This document shows positions 20,801 through 30,592 of a stretch of 57,712 nt of DNA, one piece after another. Position 1 is the stretch's first letter, and each line of letters starts with the position of its first letter. A program made the translations under genes and the position numbers. Below the pieces are notes generated by a model. The model did not search any database. It was not told the DNA's origin and saw nothing but the letters and a program-made list of their open reading frames with translations. Origin of the DNA: a virus (lineage: Duplodnaviria > Caudoviricetes); the IMG/VR virus record IMGVR_UViG_3300030107_004068, positions 1-57,712 of that record. The stretch is one strand, 5' to 3'.

Positions 20801-23800
20801 AGTGAACTTTCCTCTAAGTCTATGGAAGAGTTTCAAGTTTCGACCAAGCTGGAAGGTTTTGGAATAGATACTTTTCTTGCCGATGAAGATGTCGGAACTC
20901 AAATTATAAAGAAAAGAAAGGCGCTTAAGGCTCGAGTCTACCGGGCAAAGAAAAAGCTGAACGAAGCTCGAGTTCAAGCGAGCAAGACAGCCAAAAAAGA
21001 CAAGCCAGAAACAGGCGAGCGCTGGACTTTAGAAGTCAGAAAGTCGAAGAAGAAAGACTATTTTGTTTTTGTAAACTCAAGCGACATGGCTCCGCTTTCG
21101 AGCATCTTTAGAAACAAAAATCTCTCTCAACTTCTTGATGAAAATGGTCTGTTTCTCAGTCGAATCATGGGCCCTAAGTGGACAAACAAGTTCTTTAGAA
21201 GTGTTTCGAACCAAGGAGATATGCCTGATGCATACGTGAAGCCTGGTGCGGCCCGAATAGCGATAGATTCTGACGGAGCTAATGCTATCGAATTGCTGAT
21301 GCGTAAGTTCTTTTTCGAAAAGGGCGGACAAATCGGTGCAATGCGTCCTCAGTTGCAAGAGTTGGGCGCACAGCTTTCTGGAATTTGGATGAGAATGAGG
21401 GGGTCTGCCGATCTTGTTGTTCCAGATATGGCTGTACGAGAGTTTTGGGACAAGACATTTAGCCCAGCAAAAATCCTTGCGAATGAAGCCATAGGAACCA
21501 CAAACAGAATCAACGGTTTGGTTCGAGTAGTTCGTATTTCTGGCGACATGGAGCAGGCAATTAAGGAAGAGCTACCTGCAAGGGCAGGTCGTAAACGTGA
21601 GTTTATTGGCGTTGAGAAAAACCCTGCAGTTGTTCGTCAAGCGCTTGGCCTGACTGACGACGTTAGAGAGGTCAACGCTGTAGAGCTTTACGCTCGTTCC
21701 GTTGGATACGCCGTTGGCGAGCATTTCAAGCGTCACGTCGGAGGCATGGAGTTTTCTAAGCTTACTGATTGGACGTTTGCTACAGCGTCTAGGGCCAGGT
21801 CTATTACTGAATCAGTAAACAAGACAATGGCATCGATTTTGGGTGTTCCGGTACTCAACAACAAAACCATTAAGGGTATTTTCGACGATAAAGAAAACGT
21901 CTTGAAGTTGAGTGACGCACAGGCATCGAGCCTTAGGGTGCATCTGAGACAGTTGGCGAATGAGCCTATTTCTGTTCGACGCCTTCCCGATGAGATTATT
22001 GATCCAAGTGCTGATCTTACGCAGATAACAAACGTTCAACTGAATAAAATCATCGAGATTATGAAGGATGTTGAGGGTGGGGCGTTTTCTAAGAGGACAC
22101 ATTACTCGGAAGCCATCTCAAGATCTCTTGGATACAGCGTTTTGAACGCGCTGAAGGCCGCGTCGAGGGACACCTTCGAAGCATCAGACTCTGGAAAGGC
22201 TCTGATGGAAAAATTCGACACATGGTTTAGCCTTGAAGACCCTTATTTGGACACCTTGGGGCCAATGCAGCGGTCTCTTCTTGATAAATGGCTAAAGAAA
22301 GTACAGGGCGTACAGAAAGATGTTCTTGAAATGATGCGAGTTGCCATCGCTGAAGATCCAGACATCGCCATTGATGCAGTTTTCGATAAGATTAGGCGAC
22401 AGTTGTTTCCTGATGTTGATCCATCTAAGGCCAAGAGGATCTTAGGATCGACTCCTCAGACGCTTATTCCAGGGAGGCGCAAGGCTTCTGATGCGAAGCA
22501 GGGCTGGTTCCAGTTCTTGTCGGAGTTTACTGCTGCAGAAGCAAAGAGAAACGCTGACGAATACGCAGCAGCAAAGCAAGACCTTGATTTGCCAGAATCA
22601 CCAGCAGTGCTTCGTGGCGAAGAAAAGATGTTTCCATCTGAGTATGAGTTTTTCGACATTAGTGGGATGTCCACAGAAGAAATTACTCAAATGATGGAAC
22701 AGGGCGGGGTATCCAAGCTCGAGTTTCTGTTGAAAAGAACATCTCTTGATGAGTTGGAAGATTTAATCAGTGACCAATCTAGGGGCGTTAACGGTCTCAC
22801 TGAAAGAGAGCGTCAAGCGTTCTCTGTATTGGGCACATACGCAAACAAAACACCAGACGAGTTGGCAAAGCTGGACAAGCTTGAGCGAGTAGAGCTTGCA
22901 GACGCCATAGAGAACGTTCGATTGAGCTTGTATGACCGTGCTCGATACATCGAGATGCGCGGTAAGAAAATTTTCTTGTCGTTGATGGGCGGTGCTGGAG
23001 AAACTCTAATTGGCAACATGGATTCAGCCCAGTTTGGTTGGTTTTACACCAAGTTCTACGAGGGCGGTAACGGCTGGATTGAAATGCTCGACTGGCTGGT
23101 CAACAAGGCTGCTAGAGAAGGCGGACTATGGGCCGAAAGAATACCTAAATACAGCCCAGCGCAAGCATTCCTAGAAATGATAGTGCGGATGCGGTCGTAT
23201 GAAATCATGGATGGCATGGCTGACGATATGATGCGTCATGGCGTGCCCGTTAAGATGCAAGATTTTGTACAGCCACGTCCACGCATTGGCCCGAAAGGCG
23301 ATGTTATTTCTATCGAGGCTGGAAACAAGTTTAATGAGCGCGTAAAGCACTACATTACCGAGATTCTTGAGTTTGGTGACATCGTTGTGCAGCGAATGCA
23401 CAAAGTCTATGACGAAGACGGAAACGTGGTTCTTGCAGACAACGGAAAGCCGCTTCTGGAGCCGGGTGGATATGAAGGATTCAGGGCACCAAAGCCAGAA
23501 TCGTGGGCACCAGGCGAATATAAAATCGGGATCAAGAGCGGTGAGAACTCACACGTACATGATCTTCAAGCATACGGTGTAGCCACAGAAATACTGGCCA
23601 GATTCGGGCATCGATTCAAGTCTAAGGACTGGGTTGAGATGACATTCCCAGATGGCAGCGTAGGATTTGTTCCAGCGCCGATGAAAAAGCACATTGAGAA
23701 GACTATTGATCGTCTTTCAAGCGTTGGCTGGGCTCGAGGCACGTTTTCAGCGCGAAGATTGACCCCCGCAAGGGTTAGGGCTCCGATGGGGATAGAGCCC

Positions 23801-25414
23801 GACTATTCAAGAGAAGTTCGCGCCAAAATGACAACGGCAAAAGCCATCGATACGATGGTGAACCTGTTTCCTGCGACATTTGCCAACATCAAGATGGGTG
23901 TCACGACTGGTATTGGTTTGCCAAACCCAGCATATTTTGTTGGCAACTTCATTGGTGGCGCGTTTCAGCTATTTACTGGCGTTGGCCCAATCGGTGTCGC
24001 TAAGACTGTGATGGATCCACGAAAGTGGAAGATGACCGCCGCTGTAATGTCCAGAATGTGGAAAGAAGGGCACTTCAAGCCTGGTAATCCCATCATTGTT
24101 GCAGCAGACGGATCAATCTACACTGCAGATCAGATTGCAGAGCTTGCCCATATTTATGGATTGAAGTCGAGCTTTATTTCTGCTGAAACACAACGGGCGA
24201 TGGCTGAAGATGTAGAAATCATGCTTAGAAAGCGTGATGCATCCTTGGTTGGCTTTTACAATCGTGGTGCTGATGGTGCTCGATGGTGGCAAAACAATCT
24301 TACAGAAACAGCCACAGCTATTGATAATTTTTATCGTGTTTCTGTTTTTGTTGAGGAGCTTGAAAAGGGTGCAAGCGCTCGCTCTGCAGCGTCTCTTGCC
24401 CGCAAGGTTGCGTTTGACTACGCAGAGTTGAGTGAGTTTGAAAAGGTTGTACTCCGTAATGTGATTCTGTTCTACAGCTACATGCGTAAGAACATGGATC
24501 TAACTATTGATACGCTTCTCACTGAGCCGTCTCGACTTCTTGGTCAACTTCGACTGATGAACGGGATGCAGCAAATAAACGTTCAAGACGACACAGAATT
24601 GGTCTTGAAGGACTACATTAAAGAGCGCCTTATTGGTGGGTTTAAAAGCTCAACAATAAATCAGCATGCAACAGAAGGTTGGATGCGAATAACGCCCCCG
24701 ATGCCAATCATGGATGCGATTAACTTGCCCATGAATATGGTTGGATGGGTTCAAGATGACCCAGAGGCGCAAAGGTATATGGTTACCAGGCTGGCTGCGC
24801 CCTGGATTCAGTATCCGTTTGTTGCGACATTGAAGGTCGATCCGTTCTATGCGAAGGGTATCGACATGTACAACCGCGTGCCGCCATGGCTTGTAGAGCT
24901 TGATAGGGTGCTTTTAGGCGGTATTTTGCACGACTTCCTTGATATTCAGAATAAGCCTAACTTTGACCCGTCAAGACGTTCGGTTGAGGGCGACTACTAC
25001 GAAGGCTGGTATCACGCGAATAATGGTGTGAACTGGTGGGTATATCGCAATTTGCTCCAAATTCCTGGGGCTGGCCGATCTATTGATACGATCACTTACA
25101 TGGATCGCGCAAACCTTCAGGCTATTGAAGGCGGACTGGCGCTGGCTAGGCTGCTCAGGAAGGGCGCAGAAACCGTTGGTCTCGCTGAAGAGCTTGAAGA
25201 TCCTTACGTGGGCATGGCAAAAGACACCATGGGTCCACGACCAGGGCTAACAGCGCAAGACGAATTTGCTGGATGGCTTGGCTTCAAACCGACCGAATTG
25301 CCCACAGAAGAGGCTGCAGTTAATAAAATAATTAAAGAATGGGTTAAAGAGGCGAAGCGCCAACCCGGAATTATGCGTCAATCTGACTGGCGTAGACCTA
25401 TTAAACGCCGATAA
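17822..25414 (+). CDS. Giant internal virion/ejection protein (2530 aa)
   Basis: Uninterrupted ORF. The C-terminal NPAYFVGNFIGG...IDNFYR...A..ARKVAFDY.ELS.FEK...VILFYSYMRKN pattern is typical of large podovirus ejection proteins. Confidence 0.75.
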   Translation: MAEPENMEDDAVLLESFKNFDFDEFDFSDKEELFSPESENLFSDITKEQAASIEEPMSGEMRSAGTTYTSYDVHSALVDISEQVREALKFQHPGASDDELTKMLDEKLWAVDQFPRHRSLPMPDAPSIDRFREFISDEPTWLAESPSKYMRGISEAIEAGKSDDEIESLIEKAPKSHMPDELFKVQGIAGAFRSALGPRLIKASAGSKTLKTPEMRWSQRRQSARDFDKIIKEQGKLEAMKMAWESNLAMPEEEAKEIGLISDKMLGEERESFWGRAVEDRDDEGFFIPAGLKDIPGLVKRGFTKLGVQDVFAPLFLDEEDYEQYKKEAKMLTPTEGWETVVRTVWNEKDKGKSAEEIKSDVQEQLYATFLMNSYSDLPSSVRLDPPSADILIKYAAKNPQVANDKTRPGLARLVRAANAGGATKADLQKALMSVPFGQLPIEIWRGNVKSLSGIVDKIYEGADKSIEAISESGGLEARELEKDFTDLMLTTEERDGEIYVVESGIGQLLRMVGMATETVAEADISIPGLEWAAITPASRDFYYAWGIRDANTSYLARILANTSLGEVGFSRHLTDEALARGYDQADPIYRMYAYLGLGLDFLVPWEKYHVSAAIRPVRAVHRGYKANKLVGMPGFRAQAFLAGMSPTVYSYINKSSERVSKSSYSLQQRLGKSPDISDIKEALAKTGDDILTYNERWLASKLVEKMEGKKPLSYDKAIDEIAVSAKTDVFETVGDVAENIVRHIMDSPDGGSLLRNLPWQFRREIDDIILASGADPSLVREAVKAYMGVSRRTHLAALEVLMRKGDPDTQLLRASDEYQAVLKQVNDLLDEGDITADQVPVLMALLENRAYTLAADEAVTSIAEPVDFFKKVKIRRTKKAVDDAQPSKTSDLLDIEKRFKSTQKDVSDFEVAVEDFQKVVSGKDDLDKQLRSVNNKIDKLTKKILGDDYVELEKGLTLDLDDIEADNAQRLRASQVGTEKQKKDLSALLEKQSELSSKSMEEFQVSTKLEGFGIDTFLADEDVGTQIIKKRKALKARVYRAKKKLNEARVQASKTAKKDKPETGERWTLEVRKSKKKDYFVFVNSSDMAPLSSIFRNKNLSQLLDENGLFLSRIMGPKWTNKFFRSVSNQGDMPDAYVKPGAARIAIDSDGANAIELLMRKFFFEKGGQIGAMRPQLQELGAQLSGIWMRMRGSADLVVPDMAVREFWDKTFSPAKILANEAIGTTNRINGLVRVVRISGDMEQAIKEELPARAGRKREFIGVEKNPAVVRQALGLTDDVREVNAVELYARSVGYAVGEHFKRHVGGMEFSKLTDWTFATASRARSITESVNKTMASILGVPVLNNKTIKGIFDDKENVLKLSDAQASSLRVHLRQLANEPISVRRLPDEIIDPSADLTQITNVQLNKIIEIMKDVEGGAFSKRTHYSEAISRSLGYSVLNALKAASRDTFEASDSGKALMEKFDTWFSLEDPYLDTLGPMQRSLLDKWLKKVQGVQKDVLEMMRVAIAEDPDIAIDAVFDKIRRQLFPDVDPSKAKRILGSTPQTLIPGRRKASDAKQGWFQFLSEFTAAEAKRNADEYAAAKQDLDLPESPAVLRGEEKMFPSEYEFFDISGMSTEEITQMMEQGGVSKLEFLLKRTSLDELEDLISDQSRGVNGLTERERQAFSVLGTYANKTPDELAKLDKLERVELADAIENVRLSLYDRARYIEMRGKKIFLSLMGGAGETLIGNMDSAQFGWFYTKFYEGGNGWIEMLDWLVNKAAREGGLWAERIPKYSPAQAFLEMIVRMRSYEIMDGMADDMMRHGVPVKMQDFVQPRPRIGPKGDVISIEAGNKFNERVKHYITEILEFGDIVVQRMHKVYDEDGNVVLADNGKPLLEPGGYEGFRAPKPESWAPGEYKIGIKSGENSHVHDLQAYGVATEILARFGHRFKSKDWVEMTFPDGSVGFVPAPMKKHIEKTIDRLSSVGWARGTFSARRLTPARVRAPMGIEPDYSREVRAKMTTAKAIDTMVNLFPATFANIKMGVTTGIGLPNPAYFVGNFIGGAFQLFTGVGPIGVAKTVMDPRKWKMTAAVMSRMWKEGHFKPGNPIIVAADGSIYTADQIAELAHIYGLKSSFISAETQRAMAEDVEIMLRKRDASLVGFYNRGADGARWWQNNLTETATAIDNFYRVSVFVEELEKGASARSAASLARKVAFDYAELSEFEKVVLRNVILFYSYMRKNMDLTIDTLLTEPSRLLGQLRLMNGMQQINVQDDTELVLKDYIKERLIGGFKSSTINQHATEGWMRITPPMPIMDAINLPMNMVGWVQDDPEAQRYMVTRLAAPWIQYPFVATLKVDPFYAKGIDMYNRVPPWLVELDRVLLGGILHDFLDIQNKPNFDPSRRSVEGDYYEGWYHANNGVNWWVYRNLLQIPGAGRSIDTITYMDRANLQAIEGGLALARLLRKGAETVGLAEELEDPYVGMAKDTMGPRPGLTAQDEFAGWLGFKPTELPTEEAAVNKIIKEWVKEAKRQPGIMRQSDWRRPIKRR

Positions 25415-25496
25415 GGTGTGCTAAATATATTCTATCTCTCTCCCAAAACGTGCTATTCTTTAGCCGCAACCTCTCCCCTCCCAAATGGAGTAAATA

Positions 25497-25874
25497 ATGT
25501 CTCAAATTGTCGAACTTATGGGCGGTCGCCGCCTAGAGCATGGAATGATCACCGAAGGCCGTATCCGTGATGCTACAAGCACTGGATACAACGTCGAAGC
25601 AATCGCTAGCGGAAAAACGCTTACAACCTCTGACGCCAAGTATCAAAAGCTTGATCCTGCTGGTGGTGGCCGCACTGTTGTTCTTCCTGCTGAAGCAGAC
25701 AGCAAGGGCCTTGAGTTCTACATTATGAACGATGCGGACGCTTCAGAAGCTATCACTGTAAATAATGATGCTGCTGGCACAATCGTAACGATTCCTCAGA
25801 ATGAGGCTGCGCTTGTTGTGTGCAACGGAACGACCTGGATTCACCTTGGTATCCTTACGATTCAACGCTCATAA
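25497..25874 (+). CDS. Small virion protein with fibre-type beta domain
   Basis: GGAG RBS; VVLPAEA..GLEFYIMN...VVCNGTTW motif. Confidence 0.6.
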   Translation: MSQIVELMGGRRLEHGMITEGRIRDATSTGYNVEAIASGKTLTTSDAKYQKLDPAGGGRTVVLPAEADSKGLEFYIMNDADASEAITVNNDAAGTIVTIPQNEAALVVCNGTTWIHLGILTIQRS

Positions 25875-25934
25875 TCCTGAACCCCTGACTCGGGGGGCAA
25901 ACGTCCCCCGGATCACTTCTCTCTGGAGGCTCCC

Positions 25935-26366
25935 ATGCAGGGGTTTATCGTAAATGATGCAACTGTGACTGGCATTAATGACGGTTACGTTGTTGGAAAA
26001 AAGATTCTGCTCCACGAAGATAGCACTGCCGATGCGAAGTCAAAGGCTTTACCCTCTGCGTGCTACCTTTCTCACCTTGATCTCCAATTGGGTGATGCGG
26101 CTGGAACCAGTACGGTTTCGGCATACTTGACATGGGATTCGGACGGCAATGATCCAATGACTGGTGAGTCTCAAGGAAACCCAGTTTGGACTGGTTTAAC
26201 TGGTTCTGACAACCTTAGGTGTACGTCAATCGCACTTGATGTATGGGTTACAGCCCCGTCTGGTCAGACGACTGCTGGCAAGTGCTATTTGTTCTTGAAA
26301 ACGGATACTGGCACCGTGGAATGCACAAAAGCAAGACTTCACTGGGCGACCCGTAAAACCATTTAA
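25935..26366 (+). CDS. Hypothetical beta-rich virion protein
   Basis: GGAGG RBS; 143 aa. Confidence 0.6.
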   Translation: MQGFIVNDATVTGINDGYVVGKKILLHEDSTADAKSKALPSACYLSHLDLQLGDAAGTSTVSAYLTWDSDGNDPMTGESQGNPVWTGLTGSDNLRCTSIALDVWVTAPSGQTTAGKCYLFLKTDTGTVECTKARLHWATRKTI

Positions 26367-26384
26367 GAATATTCAGGAGACATC

Positions 26385-28277
26385 ATGGGTGACTTTTATA
26401 ATCGTGATGGCGGCGCCCTAACGACAACAACCATTACAGCCACAACAATTACCGCTGATGATCTTGAGGTTGATAGCGGGACGCTGTCTATTGATGAAAC
26501 CAACAACCGTGTTGGCATGGGCACGACCGCCCCAGGAACACAGCTTCAAGTTGAAAGCAATACTCCGTATGTCACACTGAAGAACGACACTTCGGAAAAT
26601 ACTGCTGGTGGCTGTGAGTCAAAGATAATCTTTGAGGACCATGCGAACGTTTCTCTTGGCCAAATTGAAGTAAGCCACAGCGGTTCATCGGATGACACCA
26701 AAGGCAAGATGATCTTGTCTACCCACACTGGTTCGTCGCTGACTGCCGCAATCACCATTAATGACGCTCAAAAGGTGACGGCTGCTGGTGACGTACAAGT
26801 CACTGGTGACATCATTCTTGATGATGGTGGCTCGCTAAAAGAGGCTGGCGGCACTGCGGCAATTACTTTTGATGGTTCTGGCCACGTTACTAAGATAGGC
26901 CAAGACACACATACCTCTGGTCAGTTCTTGAAGTGGGACGGCTCTAAGGCTGTTTGGGACGCCGTCGCTACTGGATCAAGTGCTGCTGACGATATTACCG
27001 CTGGCGATGCCGCAGTTACTATCGCAACCACCACCGGAAACATCACACTTGACGCTCAAGCGGGCGATGCTGACATCATCTTCAAGGGTACAGACGACAC
27101 CAGTGATATTACCGCACTGACTCTTGACATGTCAGAAGCTGGTGCAGCATCTTTCAACGCTGCCGTCACTGTAGGTACAGACCTTACAGTTACTGGTGGT
27201 GACGTATCATACGGGAACGGACAAGACGCAACCCTCGCTGTAGCCGAAACGAGTTCAGGTACAGACGGTCGTGATCTTACGATTTCTGCTGGCTCTGCTC
27301 CTGCGGGAGCAACCAACCAGAACGGTGGTGACCTTCTCCTAAAATCGGGTGGTGGCGACGGAACTGGAACGTCTATGATTGCGTTCCACACGAAGGTCAA
27401 TGGAACAGACGCCGCCGCAGAGCGTATGCGGATTCATACAGACGGTAACGTTGGTATCGGGACCAACGCGCCAAGCCAGATTCTTCAAGTAGCGTCCGCT
27501 GCTCCAATCCTTGTGGTTCAAAACACAACGAATGAGCACACTGACGGAGGCGCTGAATCTAAGGTTCTCTTTGGCGACCACGCCGGAAACGCATTGAGTC
27601 AGGTTGAAGGGTCTCACTCAGGTTCTTCAGACGACGCTAAGGGTCAGTTCCGAGTCTCGACTAACAATGGGTCGGGTATGCAACTGGCGATGAGTATTGA
27701 CGATAGTCAAAACGCAGTATTTGCTGGTGACCTCACAATCGATGGCGGTGACGCCACATTGGGTACCGCTGGGAACACAACAGCTACAACGATTCAAGTA
27801 GTTACGAACACCAGCACAAATGTTGGTAAGTCTCTGACCATTGCAGCGGGATCTACCACTACCGGCGCGAACAATCTAAACGGTGGAGACTTAATCCTCA
27901 AGTCTGGTGGTGGTGACGGTACAGGTACTTCAGCAATGCAGTTCCACACTAAGATTAGTGGTGCAGACACTGCTGCTGAGCGCATGCGTATCAACACAAA
28001 CGGTAATGTCGTCATCAATGGATCAACGGCACACGCTGCATCGCTTGCTCTCGATGGTGCGGCTGCTGCGGTGGCACTGAAAGAAATGGCTAATGCTCCA
28101 GCAGACACGGCGGCATTTGGGCAACTTTGGGTAAAGACTGCAACTCCAAATGAGTTGTACTTCACAACAGATGCTGGCGACGACATTCAGATTACGTCAG
28201 GCACGGCTACTGCTGGCGGTGGATCCGTTACTAACGATGACGCTAACCTTATCTTAGCCATTCAATCATTCTTATAG
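26385..28277 (+). CDS. Tail fibre protein with internal duplications
   Basis: Gly/Thr/Ser-rich, with NRVGMGTTAP, GNVGIGTNAP and ERMRI fibre repeats and GQFLKWDGSK. Confidence 0.8.
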   Translation: MGDFYNRDGGALTTTTITATTITADDLEVDSGTLSIDETNNRVGMGTTAPGTQLQVESNTPYVTLKNDTSENTAGGCESKIIFEDHANVSLGQIEVSHSGSSDDTKGKMILSTHTGSSLTAAITINDAQKVTAAGDVQVTGDIILDDGGSLKEAGGTAAITFDGSGHVTKIGQDTHTSGQFLKWDGSKAVWDAVATGSSAADDITAGDAAVTIATTTGNITLDAQAGDADIIFKGTDDTSDITALTLDMSEAGAASFNAAVTVGTDLTVTGGDVSYGNGQDATLAVAETSSGTDGRDLTISAGSAPAGATNQNGGDLLLKSGGGDGTGTSMIAFHTKVNGTDAAAERMRIHTDGNVGIGTNAPSQILQVASAAPILVVQNTTNEHTDGGAESKVLFGDHAGNALSQVEGSHSGSSDDAKGQFRVSTNNGSGMQLAMSIDDSQNAVFAGDLTIDGGDATLGTAGNTTATTIQVVTNTSTNVGKSLTIAAGSTTTGANNLNGGDLILKSGGGDGTGTSAMQFHTKISGADTAAERMRINTNGNVVINGSTAHAASLALDGAAAAVALKEMANAPADTAAFGQLWVKTATPNELYFTTDAGDDIQITSGTATAGGGSVTNDDANLILAIQSFL

Positions 28278-28286
28278 GAATCAACC

Positions 28287-28643
28287 ATGGCACAAACATT
28301 CTCAAAAGCACTTCTTAGCGGTTCTACGCAAGGTAAACCCATTTCGGTAACCGGCGCAAACTCAGGCGCTGCTGTTACGGTTCACACGGCTGTTGCAGGA
28401 ACGACCCACTTCGACGAAGTCTACGTGTACGCGACTAATGTTCACACAGCAGCAGTTACACTTACTATTGAGTTTGGTGGAACAGACGAAGACCAACATA
28501 TCATGGCAAACATTAATCCAGATGAAACCGTGCTGGTCGTTCCAGGGTTGCCGATACACAACGGGCTTGTGGTGAAAGCTTTTGCTTCGACGGCAGACAA
28601 GATTAATGTCGCTGGGTACGTCAACAAGATCACAGTGTCATAG
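28287..28643 (+). CDS. Small beta-rich tail-associated protein
   Basis: 118 aa; DEVYVYATN...LTIEFGG...VVPGLPI.N.LVVKAFA..INV.GYVN motif; follows the fibre gene. Confidence 0.65.
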   Translation: MAQTFSKALLSGSTQGKPISVTGANSGAAVTVHTAVAGTTHFDEVYVYATNVHTAAVTLTIEFGGTDEDQHIMANINPDETVLVVPGLPIHNGLVVKAFASTADKINVAGYVNKITVS

Positions 28644-28651
28644 GTAACTAA

Positions 28652-29536
28652 GTGTCTAAAGGTCTTCGACGAATACCAGGAAACATTTCCGGCGCTACAG
28701 TTGGTAAGGATAGGTATGCCGAGAAAGGTTGGAGACAGTTCTTCCTTTCAGACCCTCGTTGTGTTGTGGAGTCCGAAGGCGGTGATTGCGTAGCGTCTGT
28801 GGTTGAGACTACTGGGAATACAGTCATCACTTTTCAGACTGGGCATAGTGGAGGCACAGCTTTTCCGATTGAAGGTTATGTAGCGGGCATGCCACTTCGT
28901 ACTGACGAAGGTGACATCATCACATTCGGAACACCCTTCGTACTGAAGACAATGATTGAAGTGGTATCCATGACTGGTGACCATTCAGATCAGAGTGGCG
29001 AACACATGACGCAGCCCACGATCTCAATGGGGATTTGCATGAACGCCAGCGACTTTGATGCTGATGACAACCGACATATGGGTTCAGGATACAGGTTCAT
29101 GTCTCGATCATCTGCCAGTGAAGCAGCCGAAGAAGACATCAAATGGACCGTTAATAGTCTTCAGACTGATGGGTCAGGAAAGTTTACATCTGCTGGGAAT
29201 GCGTACAGTGGGTCGAACAACACCAAATTGCACATCGCAGAGTTTCATGTTGGCCCAGACATGGCCACAGCAGCCAATAATGCAATCCTGATGCACAATG
29301 AGTTTCAGGCTTCAGGCAACAACTTCCTCATACCAAACGCAGCCATTGATTGTGATGGCTTTAATGCGAATCAAGGTTTCAATGACGCAGCCACAACAGT
29401 CACTTTGTACGCTGCCATTCAAGATATGGAAACAGATAGCTTTAGCGGTAATACGGCCTGTGTGTTGACTGTACGTTTTTGGTACATGGTCGAAGCCGAT
29501 TGCCATGGTTTGTGGGGCGGGAGTGGGTCAGCATGA
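28652..29536 (+). CDS. Putative receptor-binding/tail protein, paralogue 1
   Basis: 294 aa, beta-rich; aligns by eye with the next gene. Confidence 0.6.
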   Translation: MSKGLRRIPGNISGATVGKDRYAEKGWRQFFLSDPRCVVESEGGDCVASVVETTGNTVITFQTGHSGGTAFPIEGYVAGMPLRTDEGDIITFGTPFVLKTMIEVVSMTGDHSDQSGEHMTQPTISMGICMNASDFDADDNRHMGSGYRFMSRSSASEAAEEDIKWTVNSLQTDGSGKFTSAGNAYSGSNNTKLHIAEFHVGPDMATAANNAILMHNEFQASGNNFLIPNAAIDCDGFNANQGFNDAATTVTLYAAIQDMETDSFSGNTACVLTVRFWYMVEADCHGLWGGSGSA

Positions 29537-30381
29537 GTAAGTTACCTGGAAACATTAAAGGTAAAAACACTGGCATTCGTAGGCGTAAGCATATGGGTTG
29601 GCGTAACTTTGACCCATTGGCACCTGATGTTGTAGCAGAAGATCCCAACTCAATGCTTGCAAGTATCGCCAACACTGGCGGCAACATTGTTGCAACCTTT
29701 GCCACTGCCTGCAGTACAGATTCTGAACACCCAACAGACTATGCAGTGTACGCAATACCACTGACCAACAACTATGGTGAGCCAGTCAACTTTGCAGAAC
29801 CGTTTTCTTTATTGACTCAGATCGAGTTTATTAGCGCCACGGGTGATCATGGCGACAGCAATGAGCCAGAGCTTGCATGGGGTTTGGGAATCTGTGAAAA
29901 CGCGACTGACATCGACAATCAATCAACGAACAAGTGGATCTGTCACGGGCTAAGTCAGGGGAACCCGAACAGCGGGGGGCAGCACAGCATGCTCCAAAGT
30001 AAGAGCTACAGCAGCACAAGCAGTCAGCGAAGCTACACGTCGAACATGGGAGCCAACACCGGCTTGTGCCATGCGCGATACTACATTGGTCCCGCTGTAG
30101 GGACTAATCAGGACTCTGAGAGCATTGCAGTAGTCGGGACGGCAGGGGATTACTCAGGTAGCAGCTACGCTAAAGACACAAGCGTTGCATTTGATTACTA
30201 CGACATCGCACAAGACAACTCAGTTTTTGATGAGGATGGCCAAGTCTACTTATTTGCGTGGATCGGTAGCTACGGCAACACTTGGGATTTTAGCAGCAGT
30301 GGTACGGCACCTGTTTTGACTTGCCGTCTGCGTTACTTGGTACAGCATGACCCCGCAGGTTGGGGAGGGACAGGCACATGA
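29533..30381 (+). CDS. Putative receptor-binding/tail protein, paralogue 2
   Basis: ATGA overlap with the previous gene; shares PGNI.G, GWR.F, F..PF.L.T.IE..S.TGDH and WGG.G. Confidence 0.6.
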   Translation: MSKLPGNIKGKNTGIRRRKHMGWRNFDPLAPDVVAEDPNSMLASIANTGGNIVATFATACSTDSEHPTDYAVYAIPLTNNYGEPVNFAEPFSLLTQIEFISATGDHGDSNEPELAWGLGICENATDIDNQSTNKWICHGLSQGNPNSGGQHSMLQSKSYSSTSSQRSYTSNMGANTGLCHARYYIGPAVGTNQDSESIAVVGTAGDYSGSSYAKDTSVAFDYYDIAQDNSVFDEDGQVYLFAWIGSYGNTWDFSSSGTAPVLTCRLRYLVQHDPAGWGGTGT

Positions 30382-30584
30382 CCGAACACGATTTGAATAC
30401 TGGAAAAAGCATAGCAAATGTGTATGACACAGATGTTGCTATCTCAACGAATGGTGTCACTGACCAGTGGGACGTTGTAAATGTCCGTGCAGACATTGTA
30501 AGTACTCAGTGGGATGCAGCCCTCGCATCCGCAGATGACGCTCTTGTCCTTATTCAGTGGCTTGAATCTAAACGAACCTCTTAG
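30378..30584 (+). CDS. Small hypothetical protein
   Basis: ATGA overlap and GGAGG RBS. Confidence 0.5.
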   Translation: MTEHDLNTGKSIANVYDTDVAISTNGVTDQWDVVNVRADIVSTQWDAALASADDALVLIQWLESKRTS

Positions 30585-30592
30585 GAAAAATC

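Noticed and set aside
17822-25414. N4-like virion RNA polymerase
   Set aside because: No recognisable T7-type polymerase catalytic motifs; the C-terminus fits an ejection protein. Not fully excluded without a profile search.
26385-30381. Diversity-generating retroelement acting on tail genes
   Set aside because: No reverse transcriptase was seen, and the repeats differ at many non-adenine positions, consistent with old duplications.
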